Assembly (NCBI GenBank): GCA_025558095.1
Contig: JAIVFI010000011.1
Location: 186,001 to 250,000, forward strand
Length of the DNA: 64,000 nucleotides
Reading direction: 5' to 3'
Origin: Hyaloraphidium curvatum SAG 235-1
Lineage: Eukaryota > Fungi > Monoblepharomycota
Part shown: positions 33,434 to 44,718 of the stretch, one piece after another
Layout of the letters: every line of letters begins with the position of its first letter
Numbering within the stretch: position 1 is the first letter of the stretch
Notes under the pieces: generated by a model
Seen by the model: only the letters and a program-made list of their open reading frames with translations
Told to the model about the DNA's origin: nothing
The model's database searches: none
Position numbers and translations under genes: made by a program

Positions 33434-34795
33434 TCATTGGGAAAGGAACCCTCCATCGACGTGGACCTCGGATCCAGCTGTGAGGGGAACGGAGGGGAGG
33501 CCGAAGACCGGGGAGGTCAACACGACAAAGGCAACCGCGGAGACGGGAAATGACCCACTCATGAAGCTGGCCTCGTCCGAAACCAGGAACAGCATCGCGT
33601 TCGCAATCTCCTCCGGCTGCCCGAACCTCCCCATGGGCGTGAGGTGCCTCAGCACCTGTTTCACCCGCTCCTCGTTCCCCCGCGTGCCCGGAGTGTCGAT
33701 CACGCCAGGGTGGACGCTGTTGCAACGTATGTTGTAGCCCCGCCTGGCGCAGTACATGGCCGTGGATTTGGTGAGGATGCGGACGGCGCCTGGCGGGCGG
33801 GAGAGTCAGCGCGCGGCTCGCGAGGGCAGCGACCGGCGTGCCTTTGCTGGACGAGTAGGGAGCGCTGCCCGTGCCGATTCCGCCGACGACGGCTGCGATG
33901 CTGGCGGTGTTGACGATGCTCTTGCTCTCCTGTGAGCGACGTGGAGGGCACACACGAAAGATGAGTCGACGAAGGAACAAACACCAGGCAGAGCAGCAAG
34001 CGTCGATTCGGCGGCGTCCCCGACGCGCGGGGCACAGCGATCGTCAACTCACGGGGTTCTGGTTCTTCTTCATGCTCTGCGGCACAAGTGGAAGGTAAGG
34101 GAGCCGATCGCCCTCAAACTCCCTGAAGATCCCACCTTGATGCCGTGCTTGGTTCCCAAAAACACGCCCCCGGCGTTCACGTCCATCGTCCTGTTCCACT
34201 TCGCCAGCCTTTGTTGGGGGGGCGCGCCGATGACGAGTGACCTTCCGGACCTGGCGAAGGCCCGGCGCCGTCACCCACGTGATGTCCTCGAGCGCATCGA
34301 TGTCCTTGGCCGACGCGTCCAACCCGGCGTTGTTGACTAGCGCGTCGATGGGTCCCCAGCGGTCTTCGACGCTGCCCGCCCCCGGAATCAGCCCTCTCGT
34401 TCCCGAACCGCCGGCGGACCACCCACGCCTTGATGCATGCCTCCCATTGCCCCTCGTCCCTCACGTCCATCTCGAAGAACGCCACCTCGGGCGCCCCCGG
34501 CACCTCGTCCCGGATCCTGCGCATGAGCGCGTGCGCGCCCTCCTTCTGCCGCGGCAGGTCGAAGATGGCGACGCGCGCGCCTTCCTGCGCGAAGCGGAGG
34601 GTGGCGGCGGCGCCGATCCCCGAGCCGCCGCCCGTGATTATGACTGGCGGTTTTGGGCATCGCGGGGGAGGGGTTTGGCGGGGCGTCACGCCGAGGGGAG
34701 GGTTTGGGAGGGGTGAGGGAGGCGTGGGAGACGGTGCCGGGGGACGCACCGATTTTGCCCTGGCCCGTGGACTTGTTGACGAGGCGGCCCGGCAT
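33434..34795 (-). CDS. Classical short-chain dehydrogenase/reductase (SDR), multi-exon
   Basis: VIITGGGSGIG, LVNNAG, SIVNTAS, YSSSK, IRCNSVHPGVIDT, PMGRFGQPEEIANAMLFL and VDGG. Confidence 0.92.
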
Positions 34796-35000
34796 GGTGA
34801 AGGGACGATAGACGGCTGTCTGATTGAAGGAGATACGGAGAGATTCCGCTACTGGAGGCGGCTTCGGAGCGTTGGAAACGTAGCGAGACGCGGATTGACC
34901 CGTCTCAGAAGCGGCGACCTCCACTCGCGCTTGGTGGCGAGGTTCGCCCTCCGCCGCGCCATCGCCTCCTCCGCGATCCTTCCCGCCTCCTTCCGCCGCC

Positions 35001-35887
35001 ATGGGCAAGAAGTTCCGGGACATCCACCCCGCCCTGGCGCAGTTCATCTCCGAGCAAAAGCTCTTCTTCGTCTCCTCCGCCCCCCTCCGCGGAGGCCACG
35101 TGAACGTCTCGCCCAAGGGCTACGACACCCTGCGGATCCTCTCCCCGACCAGGCTGTACTACCTCGACCTGACCGGCTCCGGCGTCGAGACGGTGGCGCA
35201 CATGAAGGAGCCGGGCAACGGGCGGATCTGTTTGATGTGGATAAGCTTCGGGGAGAACCCGCAGATCGTGCGGGTGTGGGGGAGGGGGAGGGCGGTGGAG
35301 CCGGGGAGCAGGGAGTACGAGGAGACGGTGGAGTGCGTTCGGCCGGGGCGGGTGGGGTGTCCACGTCTCACCTAGTCCTTCGATGCGATCGCACAGGCCC
35401 AAGCTCAAGGCGCTGCCGGGGGCGCGGGCGGCTATCATCGTCGACGTGCTCATGACGGGCAATTCCTGCGGATACACGGTGCCGTTTTTCGAGTTCAAGA
35501 GCGAGAGGACGTTGCTGCTGGACCGTGCTTACCGGAGAACGGCAAACGTGGGTGCCCGCCGCGGCAATTGCCGGCATGGACCAACGGAACCAACGGGCAC
35601 TTTCCTCCAGGACCCGCACGACATCGAGTACCACAAGAACAACAACAGTGGGGCCCGCGACTTGCGACCTCGAGCGAGTTGGAGCTGACCTTTCTCGCCC
35701 CTCCCCGCGCCCAGTGTGGTCGATCGACCAGCTCGTCGGCCTCGAGACGTACATGCCCAAGGGCCCGGCGTGGTACGCCAAGGCGTACGCGCCGTACCTG
35801 CGGCGGGCGCTTGAGGCGGTTGGGACGTTTGCGCTCGGGGCCGGCGTGGCCGTGCTGGTGATGCGCCGGCTGGAGCGGCGGAGATAG
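35001..35887 (+). CDS. Pyridoxamine 5'-phosphate oxidase-like FMN-binding split-barrel protein, multi-exon
   Basis: MGKKF...FISEQKLFFVSSAP.GGHVNVSPKG, YLDLTGSGVETVAH, GRICLMWISF...PQIVRVWG, SCGYTVPFFEF, and a C-terminal TM. Confidence 0.88.
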
Positions 35888-36023
35888 GGTGGTCGTCGGC
35901 TCGGGAGGATTGTTTCCTTGTACGTCTGAGTGATTTTCATTGATTCAAGGAGGTGTGGCGTGCTCGGACGGGGAGATTCGAGGCAGCAGCTTGCGGGCCG
36001 GCCGCCCCAACCGTCACCCAAAC

Positions 36024-38032
36024 ATGCGCTGGCTCCCGGACGCCATGTACCCAGCGGACGTGTACGCCGACCTGGCGGTGCGGTTCTACGCGCTGCCCGC
36101 CGAGATGCCCGCCGAGCTTGCGTTCAACCGCGGCGCGCTGGTGCTGTGCGCGGCGGTCGACGCGCTGGCATGGGTCGCGCTGCCGGCGTTCGCGCTGCTC
36201 GCGCTGCTGGCCGCCGTGCGCCGCGCGCGCGCGCCGCTGCTCGTCTTCCGCGCGGCGGCGGCAAAGGCGGGCGGGGCGGGCGCGGAGGCCGCGGAGGCGC
36301 CGCCCCGCCTGCCCGCGCAGCGCTCGTTCGCCGCCGTCGGCCGCGCGCTGACCCGCGGGGGCGCCGGCCTGCGCTCGGCTGAGAAGCCCGCGGTGCCGCG
36401 GATCGACGCCGGCGCAGAGACCTTCGACGACGCCGTGGCGCGCTCGGCAAACAGGGGCAGGCCGCTGGCAAACTCGCGCCAAACCGCTGTGTGGGTGACC
36501 CTCACCCGCCGGATTAATTCCCGTTCTAACAACATTCTGTCTTTCTCCTCGGTGGTTTTTGCAGCGAGGACGCGACGCCGCCGGCGGTCTCGGGCAGGTC
36601 GTCCGCCAAGGCCCCCTCCGGTGCCCGCGCCCTCTTCACAAAGGGCCTCAGCCAGCGCGTGGACATCTTCGACCCCTCCTCCCCCGTCTACGACTCGCCC
36701 GTCATCCTCCCCGTCAGGCCCGCCTACCTCTCGGCCGCCTCGTCCGCCAGCAAGCCCGCGCCCACGGCCTCGGTCCGCGCCGCGCCGCCCGCCCCGGAAC
36801 CCACCGCCTCCTCCGACGACCTGCTCGACGGTGTCGCGCGCGACCTCGACGCGCTGCTCCGCCCGCGCTCGCTGTCACCCGCGCAGAGGGTCGAGCCGCT
36901 CGCCGGGCCGTACCCCGTGACCACGACGCCCCTCCCCGCCGTGCCCGCGGGCGAGCCGTCCCGCCCCCCACCCGAGGCCAGGCAGGAGACGCTGGTCGAG
37001 CGGTGGAGCGAGATGTCGATCTCCGCCCCGCGCGCGGCCGAGGCCGAGGCGAGGGGGAGCGAGGGCCCGGCGTCGCCGTCAAAGTTCGAGGAGCTGCTCA
37101 GCGAGATCGACAAGCTGACGCTCGAGAGCGAGGCGGTGGCCAGGGAGCTGCCGGTGCGCGAGGAGAACAGGCTGAAGGTGGTCGTGGAGGAGGTCAAGGT
37201 CGGGCAGGATGCGCGGGACGGGCAAGTGGAGGGGGATGAGCGTGACAGGTGCGTCTCGTCGACAACCTCGCATGCGCAGATCCATTCTGATCTGCCCTGT
37301 CGCCGGCTTTCCTCCATGTGCGTCAGGAGCGGGAACCAGATCCTCGACGAGCTGCTGCAGGACGGCGCCGCGAGCACCGAGAACGCCGAGAACGCCGAGA
37401 GCACCGAGAGCACCGCGCGCCCCGTCACCCCCTCGGGCCCCGCCGTGCCGTCCTCCCGCCTCCCCCTGCGCATCCCCACCTCGACCGGCAAGTCCCCCGT
37501 GCCCCCAGCCGCCGACGCCGAGACCGGCTTCCCCGGGCTGTGGTACCGCCTCCCCAACCGCGCCGCCGCGTCGACCCACTCGCCCACGGAGCACACCCCG
37601 CGCTCGCTCCGGCTCCCCGCGCGGGTGCCGGTCCGCGAGGGCTCGCCGACGGAGAAGACCCCGCTGAGCGGGCAGACCTCGTCGAGCGCCGGGACGCTGG
37701 CCGCCGGAAGGAGGTGGGCACACGTGCGCCCGTGCTTCGAAAGTCCGCTGACGCTTCCGTGCAGCCCCGAAGCCGAGCGGCACTTCACGCCCCCCAGCTA
37801 CCCCCGCCCCGACTACTCCAAGATCCCCTCGCACTACGCGCACACCCGCCCCGGCGGCAAGCCCGTCACGGGCACCCCCGCGGACCGGCTGCGCGACGCG
37901 GCGGCGAGCGCGGCGGGCAGCGCAGAGAGGCCGCTCTACTACGTCAGGTCGACGCTGCCGAGCAACCAGAACAGGGTCAACGACCTTTTTGCGAGCGTGC
38001 TGCGGTCCGAGTCGCCCGCGGGGCGGTCCTGA
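36024..38032 (+). CDS. Hypothetical protein: N-terminal hydrophobic segment, Pro/Ser-rich disordered remainder, introns
   Basis: ORFs 35940-36920 and 36659-38032 show coding-like codon usage and splice signals near 36491-36564, 37249 and 37714; no recognisable domain. Confidence 0.55.
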
Positions 38033-38279
38033 AGTGCCTGCACGATACCCCGGTTTTCTTGGCATCTTGATTAGGGCATCTTGAAGAGCATCTTGGTTGG
38101 ATTTCGGGCCGGCGGAGGAAAGAGGAGGAGCACGGACGGAGGATCTTGGTTGAGCGCACGCAGGACAAGTAGCATATCCGGGATACCGGCCGCACAGCGG
38201 CGAGCACCCTGTACAAATCTGTATCGTTCGTTTGGCAGGAGAGTATCTATAAGTTTTGATAACAAGAACCTAGTCACGA

Positions 38280-39281
38280 TCAGGGATCGGCTTTCCCTTC
38301 GGCCTCCGCAATCTTGTACGCCTCGCAGAGCGGCTTGTGCTGCTTCCAATGGACCTTCTGGCATTCCTTGGAGCAGTAGACCGTCCGTTTGCACGCCGCG
38401 CACCTTTTCATCTCCGTCTTTGCGACCGTCTTCATGCAGCTCGCGCAGGGGATCTGCGTCGGCCCCGGCCGCCGCTCCGGTTCCAGGAACGACAGGCTCG
38501 AGTCGATGATCCTGTTTACCGTCCTCGTCGCCGCCTTGTAGCAGCTCTGCCCGTCGCACGCCGGCACGGCGACGAGGAAGAGCATGCCCGGGACGGCCGC
38601 GCCCGGCGCTCCCAGTTGGTTGAGGAGGGTGCGGAATCGCCCCGTGTATCCGCCGCAGGAGATGCAGGGGAAGCGCGGGGGCGCGGAGGGAGCGGCGCCG
38701 GGTTCGGGTTTGAGGTACCTGACCATCATCGGTCGGATGACGTCGATCTCGAGGACGAAGTTGGCGGCGACCTGGAGCCCGTGTCCCTGGGATTCCATCG
38801 ACCCGTGCGAGGCGGCACTGCGGCGCCTCCCCGGGAGCCCGTTCCGGATCACCCGCGGCGGGACGATGGGCGCGTAGAGCGAGCCCCCGGTGAGCTCGAT
38901 GCACCGCAGCCCCGGCGCGGCCGACAGCGGCGCGGTGCCCGAGACGCCTTCCCGCTCGTCTTCGGCCTGGTAGGCCGCCAGCACGCCCCACTGCATCGGC
39001 CCCGCGAGGTCAAAATCGCCTTCCTTCAGCCCGTTGGCCGCGCAGTGGGCCGCGAACCCGCGGCAGATGGTCGACATCGAAGGCAGCCTCGCAGTCTCCA
39101 GCCCGGCCGCCTTGCCCCTCAGCAGCTTCGCCGCGGCCGGGAAGCGGTCCGCCGAGGCGGCGAGCATCTGGATCTGCGCTCCGAGCTCCATTCCGTACAT
39201 GCCGTTGGTGCCAAAGTCGAGCTCGATGCTCTCCATCCCCAGGACCTGTCGTGCGTACGCGTCTTCGGATAGCGTCGTCAT
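38280..39281 (-). CDS. MYND-type zinc finger protein, intronless
   Basis: C-terminal CASC...MKRCAACKRTVYCSKECQKVHWKQHKPLC. Confidence 0.9.
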   Translation of the reverse strand: MTTLSEDAYARQVLGMESIELDFGTNGMYGMELGAQIQMLAASADRFPAAAKLLRGKAAGLETARLPSMSTICRGFAAHCAANGLKEGDFDLAGPMQWGVLAAYQAEDEREGVSGTAPLSAAPGLRCIELTGGSLYAPIVPPRVIRNGLPGRRRSAASHGSMESQGHGLQVAANFVLEIDVIRPMMVRYLKPEPGAAPSAPPRFPCISCGGYTGRFRTLLNQLGAPGAAVPGMLFLVAVPACDGQSCYKAATRTVNRIIDSSLSFLEPERRPGPTQIPCASCMKTVAKTEMKRCAACKRTVYCSKECQKVHWKQHKPLCEAYKIAEAEGKADP

Positions 39282-39687
39282 TGCCGGAAAGAGGTCCGCG
39301 GTGGTGCGAGGGAGCGAAGTTGCGCCCGTTCCAGGCTATAGAACGACCGGCGATTGGGCGGATCCCCCGTAGCTTTGGGGCCCCTTTTGGACTGGTCGTT
39401 GCAGGCGGGTGAGTCGCCGCAGCAACAGTTGAAACAATCAGGCACGAACCCATGGGGCAACAGGGCCTCTTGCCACCGTCTGCTTCGTTCCAGCAGCTTC
39501 CGCGGAAGTACTATTTTGTCGCCAGTTTGGGACGGAGGACGAAGGAGGCGGCGATCACGGACGACCGATCTCGGAGGCGTACGATAGGACATCTGGGTAC
39601 CGGCACGGAACGGTGGCACCTGCAACAGATCTGTATCGTCTTCTTCGCGGCAAGAAAGTATCTGTTCCCCGTTGCGGCAACCAGGGG

Positions 39688-40721
39688 CTATGCGGAGGGT
39701 TTCGCGGCCCCGTTCCCATTCGCGGCTGCGGCTGCGGCCTGGTTCTGGCCGGCCTTGATGGTCGAGCGGAGGTTGAAGACTTTCCAGAGAAAGAAGAGGG
39801 TAACGGCGATCCCGATGAAGCCTGTGGGCAAAACCAGAAACTCTTCGTTCAACCTAAAGGACTGAGCAGAGCCAGGCGAAACCCACTGAACAGCGTCTCG
39901 TCCACCTCCTTCTGGATCCCATTGATTCTCGCCCTCAGTTCGTCGACCCTGGCGTCGAGCTTGCCCGCCGCGGCGGCGATCTGCCGCTCGAGCTCGCGCT
40001 CCTCGTCGCGGATCCGCCCCCTTTCGAGGTTCAGGTCCAGCTTGATGCCCGAGGAGGAGCGCTGCACGGCCTCCGGGATCTGCTTGCTCAGCTGCGACGG
40101 ACGGCGTCAGCCGATCCTTCCAACGGGGCGAGTCAGAGTTCCCACCGCCTCGGCCGCGGCCCTGATCCTCGCCACTTCCTTCCGCACCGCTTCCGCTTCG
40201 CTTCCCGTCGCCCCCACCACCCGCTCCCGCAGCGAATCCATCGGCCTGGGATCGTCCAGCTGGCTCTCCCTAAAGTGCTTCGGCACCATCCCCGACGCCG
40301 CCGCCGACAGGTACTCCCCCGACGAGTCCGCCAGCGCCGAGAGGATGGCCTCGGCCTGGGAGGGCGAGAATCCCGCTGATTCGAGCCGCGAGATGAGTTT
40401 CGGGCGGTCCAGGTGCTCGGGGACCGAGAGGCGCACGGCGGATTCGGTGAGCGAGGTGCGGAGGCCCTGCTGGGCGTCGGGCGGGGGAGGCGGAGCGGGG
40501 GATTCGGAAAAGGCGCGATGCGGGGGAAGAACGCGTGCGGAAGGCGGAGGGGAGGGCCGGAGGAGGCGACGCGTCGAGAAGGCTCGGAGCGTGGCGGGGG
40601 GCGCACGCGGCGAGCGAGGGGAGATTGGCGGCCCAGGGCGCGCTAGGGAGAGGCATGTCCGCGCGGGGAAGAGGGCGGATAGGAGCGCGTCCCATGAGGT
40701 AGCCGGTTTTGGAGGGGGCAT
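39688..40721 (-). CDS. DUF1640 / CCDC90-MCUR1-Fmp32-like mitochondrial coiled-coil membrane protein
   Basis: Arg-rich presequence-like N-terminus, LISRLESAGFSPSQAEAILSAL, SGIKLDLNLERGRIRDE, and C-terminal TM FLVFAHRLHRDRRYP region in the spliced last exon. Confidence 0.8.
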
Positions 40722-40977
40722 GTTTGCGTGGAAGAAGGACCGCGTGCGACACGCGATCCAAGCCGTTGCAAGTCATCTTCGGATTCCCGGTCGCTGCCAT
40801 GGAAACCAGAGACGAACTCTCTATATTCTCGTGCTTAGTTCCTTGGACAAAAGGCTGATGTTTTCCAGCTCGGAAAAGGCCACGTTGTCCGCGGAGACTC
40901 CTGCCAACGCCAGACCGACAAGAAGCCACGTTGACGTCCGACTGACCACCTGAAAAGTCCAGAAGATCGCCCGTTGC

Positions 40978-41846
40978 TCATCCGAAGTTCATCGCTGCCG
41001 GCAGGCCCCCGTCGACTCTGCAAGGGGTGTCAACTGCCTGCTGGGCAAGGGACAGTCCAGGCACTCACACCAGGGTCTGCCCCGTAACGCTGTCGGCCTT
41101 GCAGAACATGACGGTCGCCGCTGCTATGTCCTCCGCGCTTCCGACGCGTCCCAGCACGGCCTGCAGACGGAGAAAATCAGCAACTCCGCGGCCCGTCCGT
41201 CCGCCGATCGACGCACCATGTTCCGCGCGCCCTGCGCAACCGCCGGCGGCAAGTTGCCTGCCATCCTCGTGTTCTCGACGAGCCCAGGCGCGACACAATT
41301 CACTGATACCTCCGGCGCCATCGCCACGGCGAGGCAGTGCGTGAGGTGGATCAGCCCCGCCTTGCTGCAGGAATAGGCAATGGACGACGATCCAGGGTTT
41401 AGACCACCGACGGAGCTGATGTTGACCACGCGGCCGGCACCGCTGGCCTTGAGCGCAGGTGCGAGCGCGCGGCAGATGAGAAAGGGGCCGCGCAGGTTCG
41501 TCTCGAGCACCCGGTCCCAGATCCCGGAATCGAGCCTGTCCAGCTGCGGGAACGGGATCCCGATGTTCCAGGCGGCGTTGTTGACGACGATGTCCACGCG
41601 CCCGAACCGCTCGAGGACCCATTTGGCGCACGCGTCGATGGATGCCTCGTCGCGCTGGTCGAGCTGGAACGCGTCCGCGTCGACGCCGGAAGCCTTGGCC
41701 ACGTCCACAACCTTCTGTGCGCCTTCGGCGAAGCCGACGTAGGTCGCCGCGATGCTGCAGCCCTCACGGATCAGCGCGTGGGCGATTGCAGTTCCGATGT
41801 CCCCCGACGCTCCGGTGACCAAGGCGACTTTGCCCTTCAGCTCCAT
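40978..41846 (-). CDS. Classical SDR oxidoreductase, bacterial-like, 3 exons
   Basis: MELKGKVALVTGASGDIG, VVNNAA, NISSVGG, YSCSK, VNCVAPG, and SVTGQTLVVDGG after the final intron. Confidence 0.92.
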
Positions 41847-41918
41847 GGTAGGGTCGGCGATAAGAGCAATGAAGCAAATCGCCACTATTCGAGGTAAGGC
41901 GCGTCGCTTTCTTCGCGC

Positions 41919-41960
41919 GCGGACGGGCGGCGGACGGGCGGCGGACGGGCGGCGGACGGG
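41919..41960. repeat. 11-bp tandem repeat (GCGGACGGGCG) x about 4, upstream of the SDR start
   Basis: gcggacgggcg gcggacgggcg gcggacgggcg gcggacggg read directly. Confidence 0.9.
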
Positions 41961-43233
41961 AGGCAACCTGCTCCGTGCAGTCGTGCGTTGGGAGACAATG
42001 ATGGGGGTGGGACGCGATCGACCGACGACGAGAAGCGCGTCGTCAACCGGTGACGATCGCGCGGCCCACACAGGCTCGTCGTCTCTTGTGACGATCAGGG
42101 ACCTTCGATTCCGTGGTCGGATAGAATGGCAGCAGACGCACGCTTTCTCTGACCGTGGTACGTCGTTGGTCGCGGCGGCCCGGAGGAAGCCCCGGGCCGC
42201 CTCTGTTGGTTCGCACGGCGAGCGGGCCCACAGGCTCGTAATGTAATGTCCGTTTTGCATCAATGACAAGTCGTGCCGGCGATCCGCACATCGCGTCCAG
42301 AGGGCCGGACCCCCGCATCGGAGTCTTGGCTGGATACGGCGCCACATCCGACGCGTCCCGCCCACACCCGCTCTCCGAGCACCGCATCGCATCTCCAATC
42401 GCGTGCCGGTTGTTTCCGCCCGTCGCGGTCCGCCGCCCGGCGCCGATCCGGTTTCGCTGCCGTGCCGACGGCCGGCCGTACGACGTCACCCCCGGTTCCT
42501 GAGCTGCCGTTGCGCACCCGCGCGCGCCGGCCGGTCGGACGCGCCGGGGGCCGAATCCCCGCGTCCCGGGCGTCGGAGGGGGACTACAAAGCGGTTGGGA
42601 CGCCGGAAGGAGGTCGGTGGGGGACGTTGGGGGGGCAGCCGGGGGTGGCGCTGGTTGCAGATAAGGCCGGAGCAGGGTGGCCGCGCCGCACGAAGCCGGG
42701 GCGGATCGGGGCCGCGTGCGATTGGGTATCGTCGGGAAGAATAGAGCGGCGTCCTGAGGTGCCGACGGGCCGCGTCCTGAACCCTGCCGATCTCCGGTCG
42801 CTGCGCGGGAGCCGCAATGCCGAAAGCCGAAAGCCAAATTGCTCGCGGTGGTCGGCCCCCCGTCCTGCCGATGAGATCGCGCCGCCGAGCGCCAGGATGG
42901 CAGAATACGGGCATCAGAGAATGACGCCGGACGCTACTACGCCTCCATCCGCCGCAATGTGGGGGACTCGAAGGGAGTCACCGGGCGGCTCAATCGGAAG
43001 TTTGAAGTCCGCCACACCGTTCAGAAGCACTTTCAGGCGGCCCCGGCAGTCCCATTCGCCGGCCCGCCGACCGCCGACGTCCATCGCGAGCGGCGCGCCC
43101 GACTGCAGAGGGCCGTTTGCCGGGCCGCCGAGCGCGCCGGTGGCCGCGGGGCGTGCCGGTTCCCCCGGGTGCCTTCAGGCGCCGCACCCGCTCCGACCGC
43201 CCCGCGCCGTCCCGCGCCCTCCGCGCCGCCGCG

Positions 43234-44464
43234 ATGTCGCTGTCGCCGCGGCCGTTCGATTCGCCGCCCGCGGCGCCGCACAGCGCGCACGCCGCGCCCG
43301 AATCCGCGTTCCCCGCCGGCCCGCTCGACGGCCTCCCCTTCTTCCCGCCGGTGCGCCGCGCCTCCGAGCCCGGCTTCCCCTCGCCGGCATTTGCCCCTCC
43401 GCACGCGCCCCCCCAGCACGCCGCGCGGCTGCCGGCACACCCCGCAAAGCGGCCCAAGCAGTCGCACCCCGCGCACTACGCGCACCCCCGCTCGGAAAAG
43501 CCGTCGCCGGCACACTCGGCAAACGATTCGTTCTCGGACGGGGGCGAGGACGTCGGGCCGATCGCGGGGACGGGGGAGGTCAAGCGGCGGGCACGCGTGA
43601 GCAGGGCATGTGACAGGTGATTACCCGCTCCGACCGGTGGCACGCCCGCCGGGGGTCGCCGCCGGCCGCCATCGGCGTTCCTCCACTCTTGTGAACCATT
43701 CCGCTGACCGTTCTCGCCCCTCTTCCCCCCGCACGCGCCCGGAATCCCCCCCGACGCCACATCCCCCCCCCCTCATCGCGCCCGCCCCTTCCGACCCAGC
43801 TGTTCGAAGCACAAGAAAAAGTGCGACGGCAAGGAGCCCTGCACGTCTTGCGCGCTGCGATCGGCCGAGTGCACGTACACGTCGACGGGCAGGAAGCGGG
43901 GGCCGGCGCCTGGCTCGCGCCCGCAGGTGCGTCCCGCAGATCTGCTGGTCGCGTGTCTCTGATGCGATCCTTTCGCTGCTGCATGTCTAGTACGCCGCGT
44001 ACGTCGCCAGCCTCGAGGACCGCCTCGCCAAGATGGAGGAAATGGTCGAAGGTGACCCCATCCGCACCCCGCACCCCGCCCCCTCCTCACACCCCCCTCC
44101 AGCCGCCTCCGTCCTCGCCATGGTCCAAGACTTCCGCGCCCCCTGCCAACCCGCCTCCCACCCGGCCCCCCGCCCGCCCACCCCCGCCTCCGTGAGCGGC
44201 GACGAGCGCCCCCGCTCCCCCGCCGCGCGCACGCCCAGCGTGTCGAGCAGCAACGACGACACGCTGCACCAGACGACCCCGGCCAACCACCCCGCGGGCA
44301 GGTTCCCGGACAAGGGGCGGGTGGCGGAGCTGGAGCACCTGCTGGCGTCGAGGTCGGAGCAGCTCCGCGAGGCGAGGATCGAGGCCGAGTACTGGAAGCA
44401 GCGGTTTTTGGAGGCCAGGCCGGGGGAGGAGGAGGTGGGCGGGGAGGCCGGGACGGAGGCGTAG
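43234..44464 (+). CDS. Zn(II)2Cys6 binuclear cluster transcription factor, 3 exons
   Basis: Spliced KRRARVSRACDSCSKHKKKCDGKEPCTSCALRSAECTY...RKRGP, then coiled coil YVASLEDRLAKMEEM. Confidence 0.92.
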
Positions 44465-44718
44465 CCCGGTCGGGGAGCTGGGAATGGTGGGCGCGGGCTC
44501 CTTCCGACGGACCGCGCCGGGGCATCTTGTACAGACCACTGGGGTTGATTGTTTCATCAGTGTCAATTGTCGTAATCGATGAGATCTGGGTGGATCTGAT
44601 GTTTCCCGCCGGATCCGTGCCCTCTCTTCGCAGCAGATCGGCGTGGGCGTTGCGACTCGTCGCGTCAACCTCGTTCCGGCCCCCCCGTCCGCCGGGCATC
44701 GGCGCCCGCTGCCCCGCG

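Noticed and set aside
32343-33980. 545-aa ORF implying a long N-terminal extension on the HIRAN protein or an SDR-HIRAN fusion
   Set aside because: Its first part runs through SDR exons and introns; the SDR has its own stop at 33434, and the HIRAN-DNMT plausibly starts at ATG 33305.
37374-37414. 9-bp repeats (STE/NAE)
   Set aside because: Ordinary coding slippage repeat in a disordered protein.
41960-43230. ORFs 42273-43613+ and 42043-42837-
   Set aside because: Low-complexity R/P/G/A translations without coding codon bias; more likely promoter/5' UTR of the Zn2Cys6 gene.
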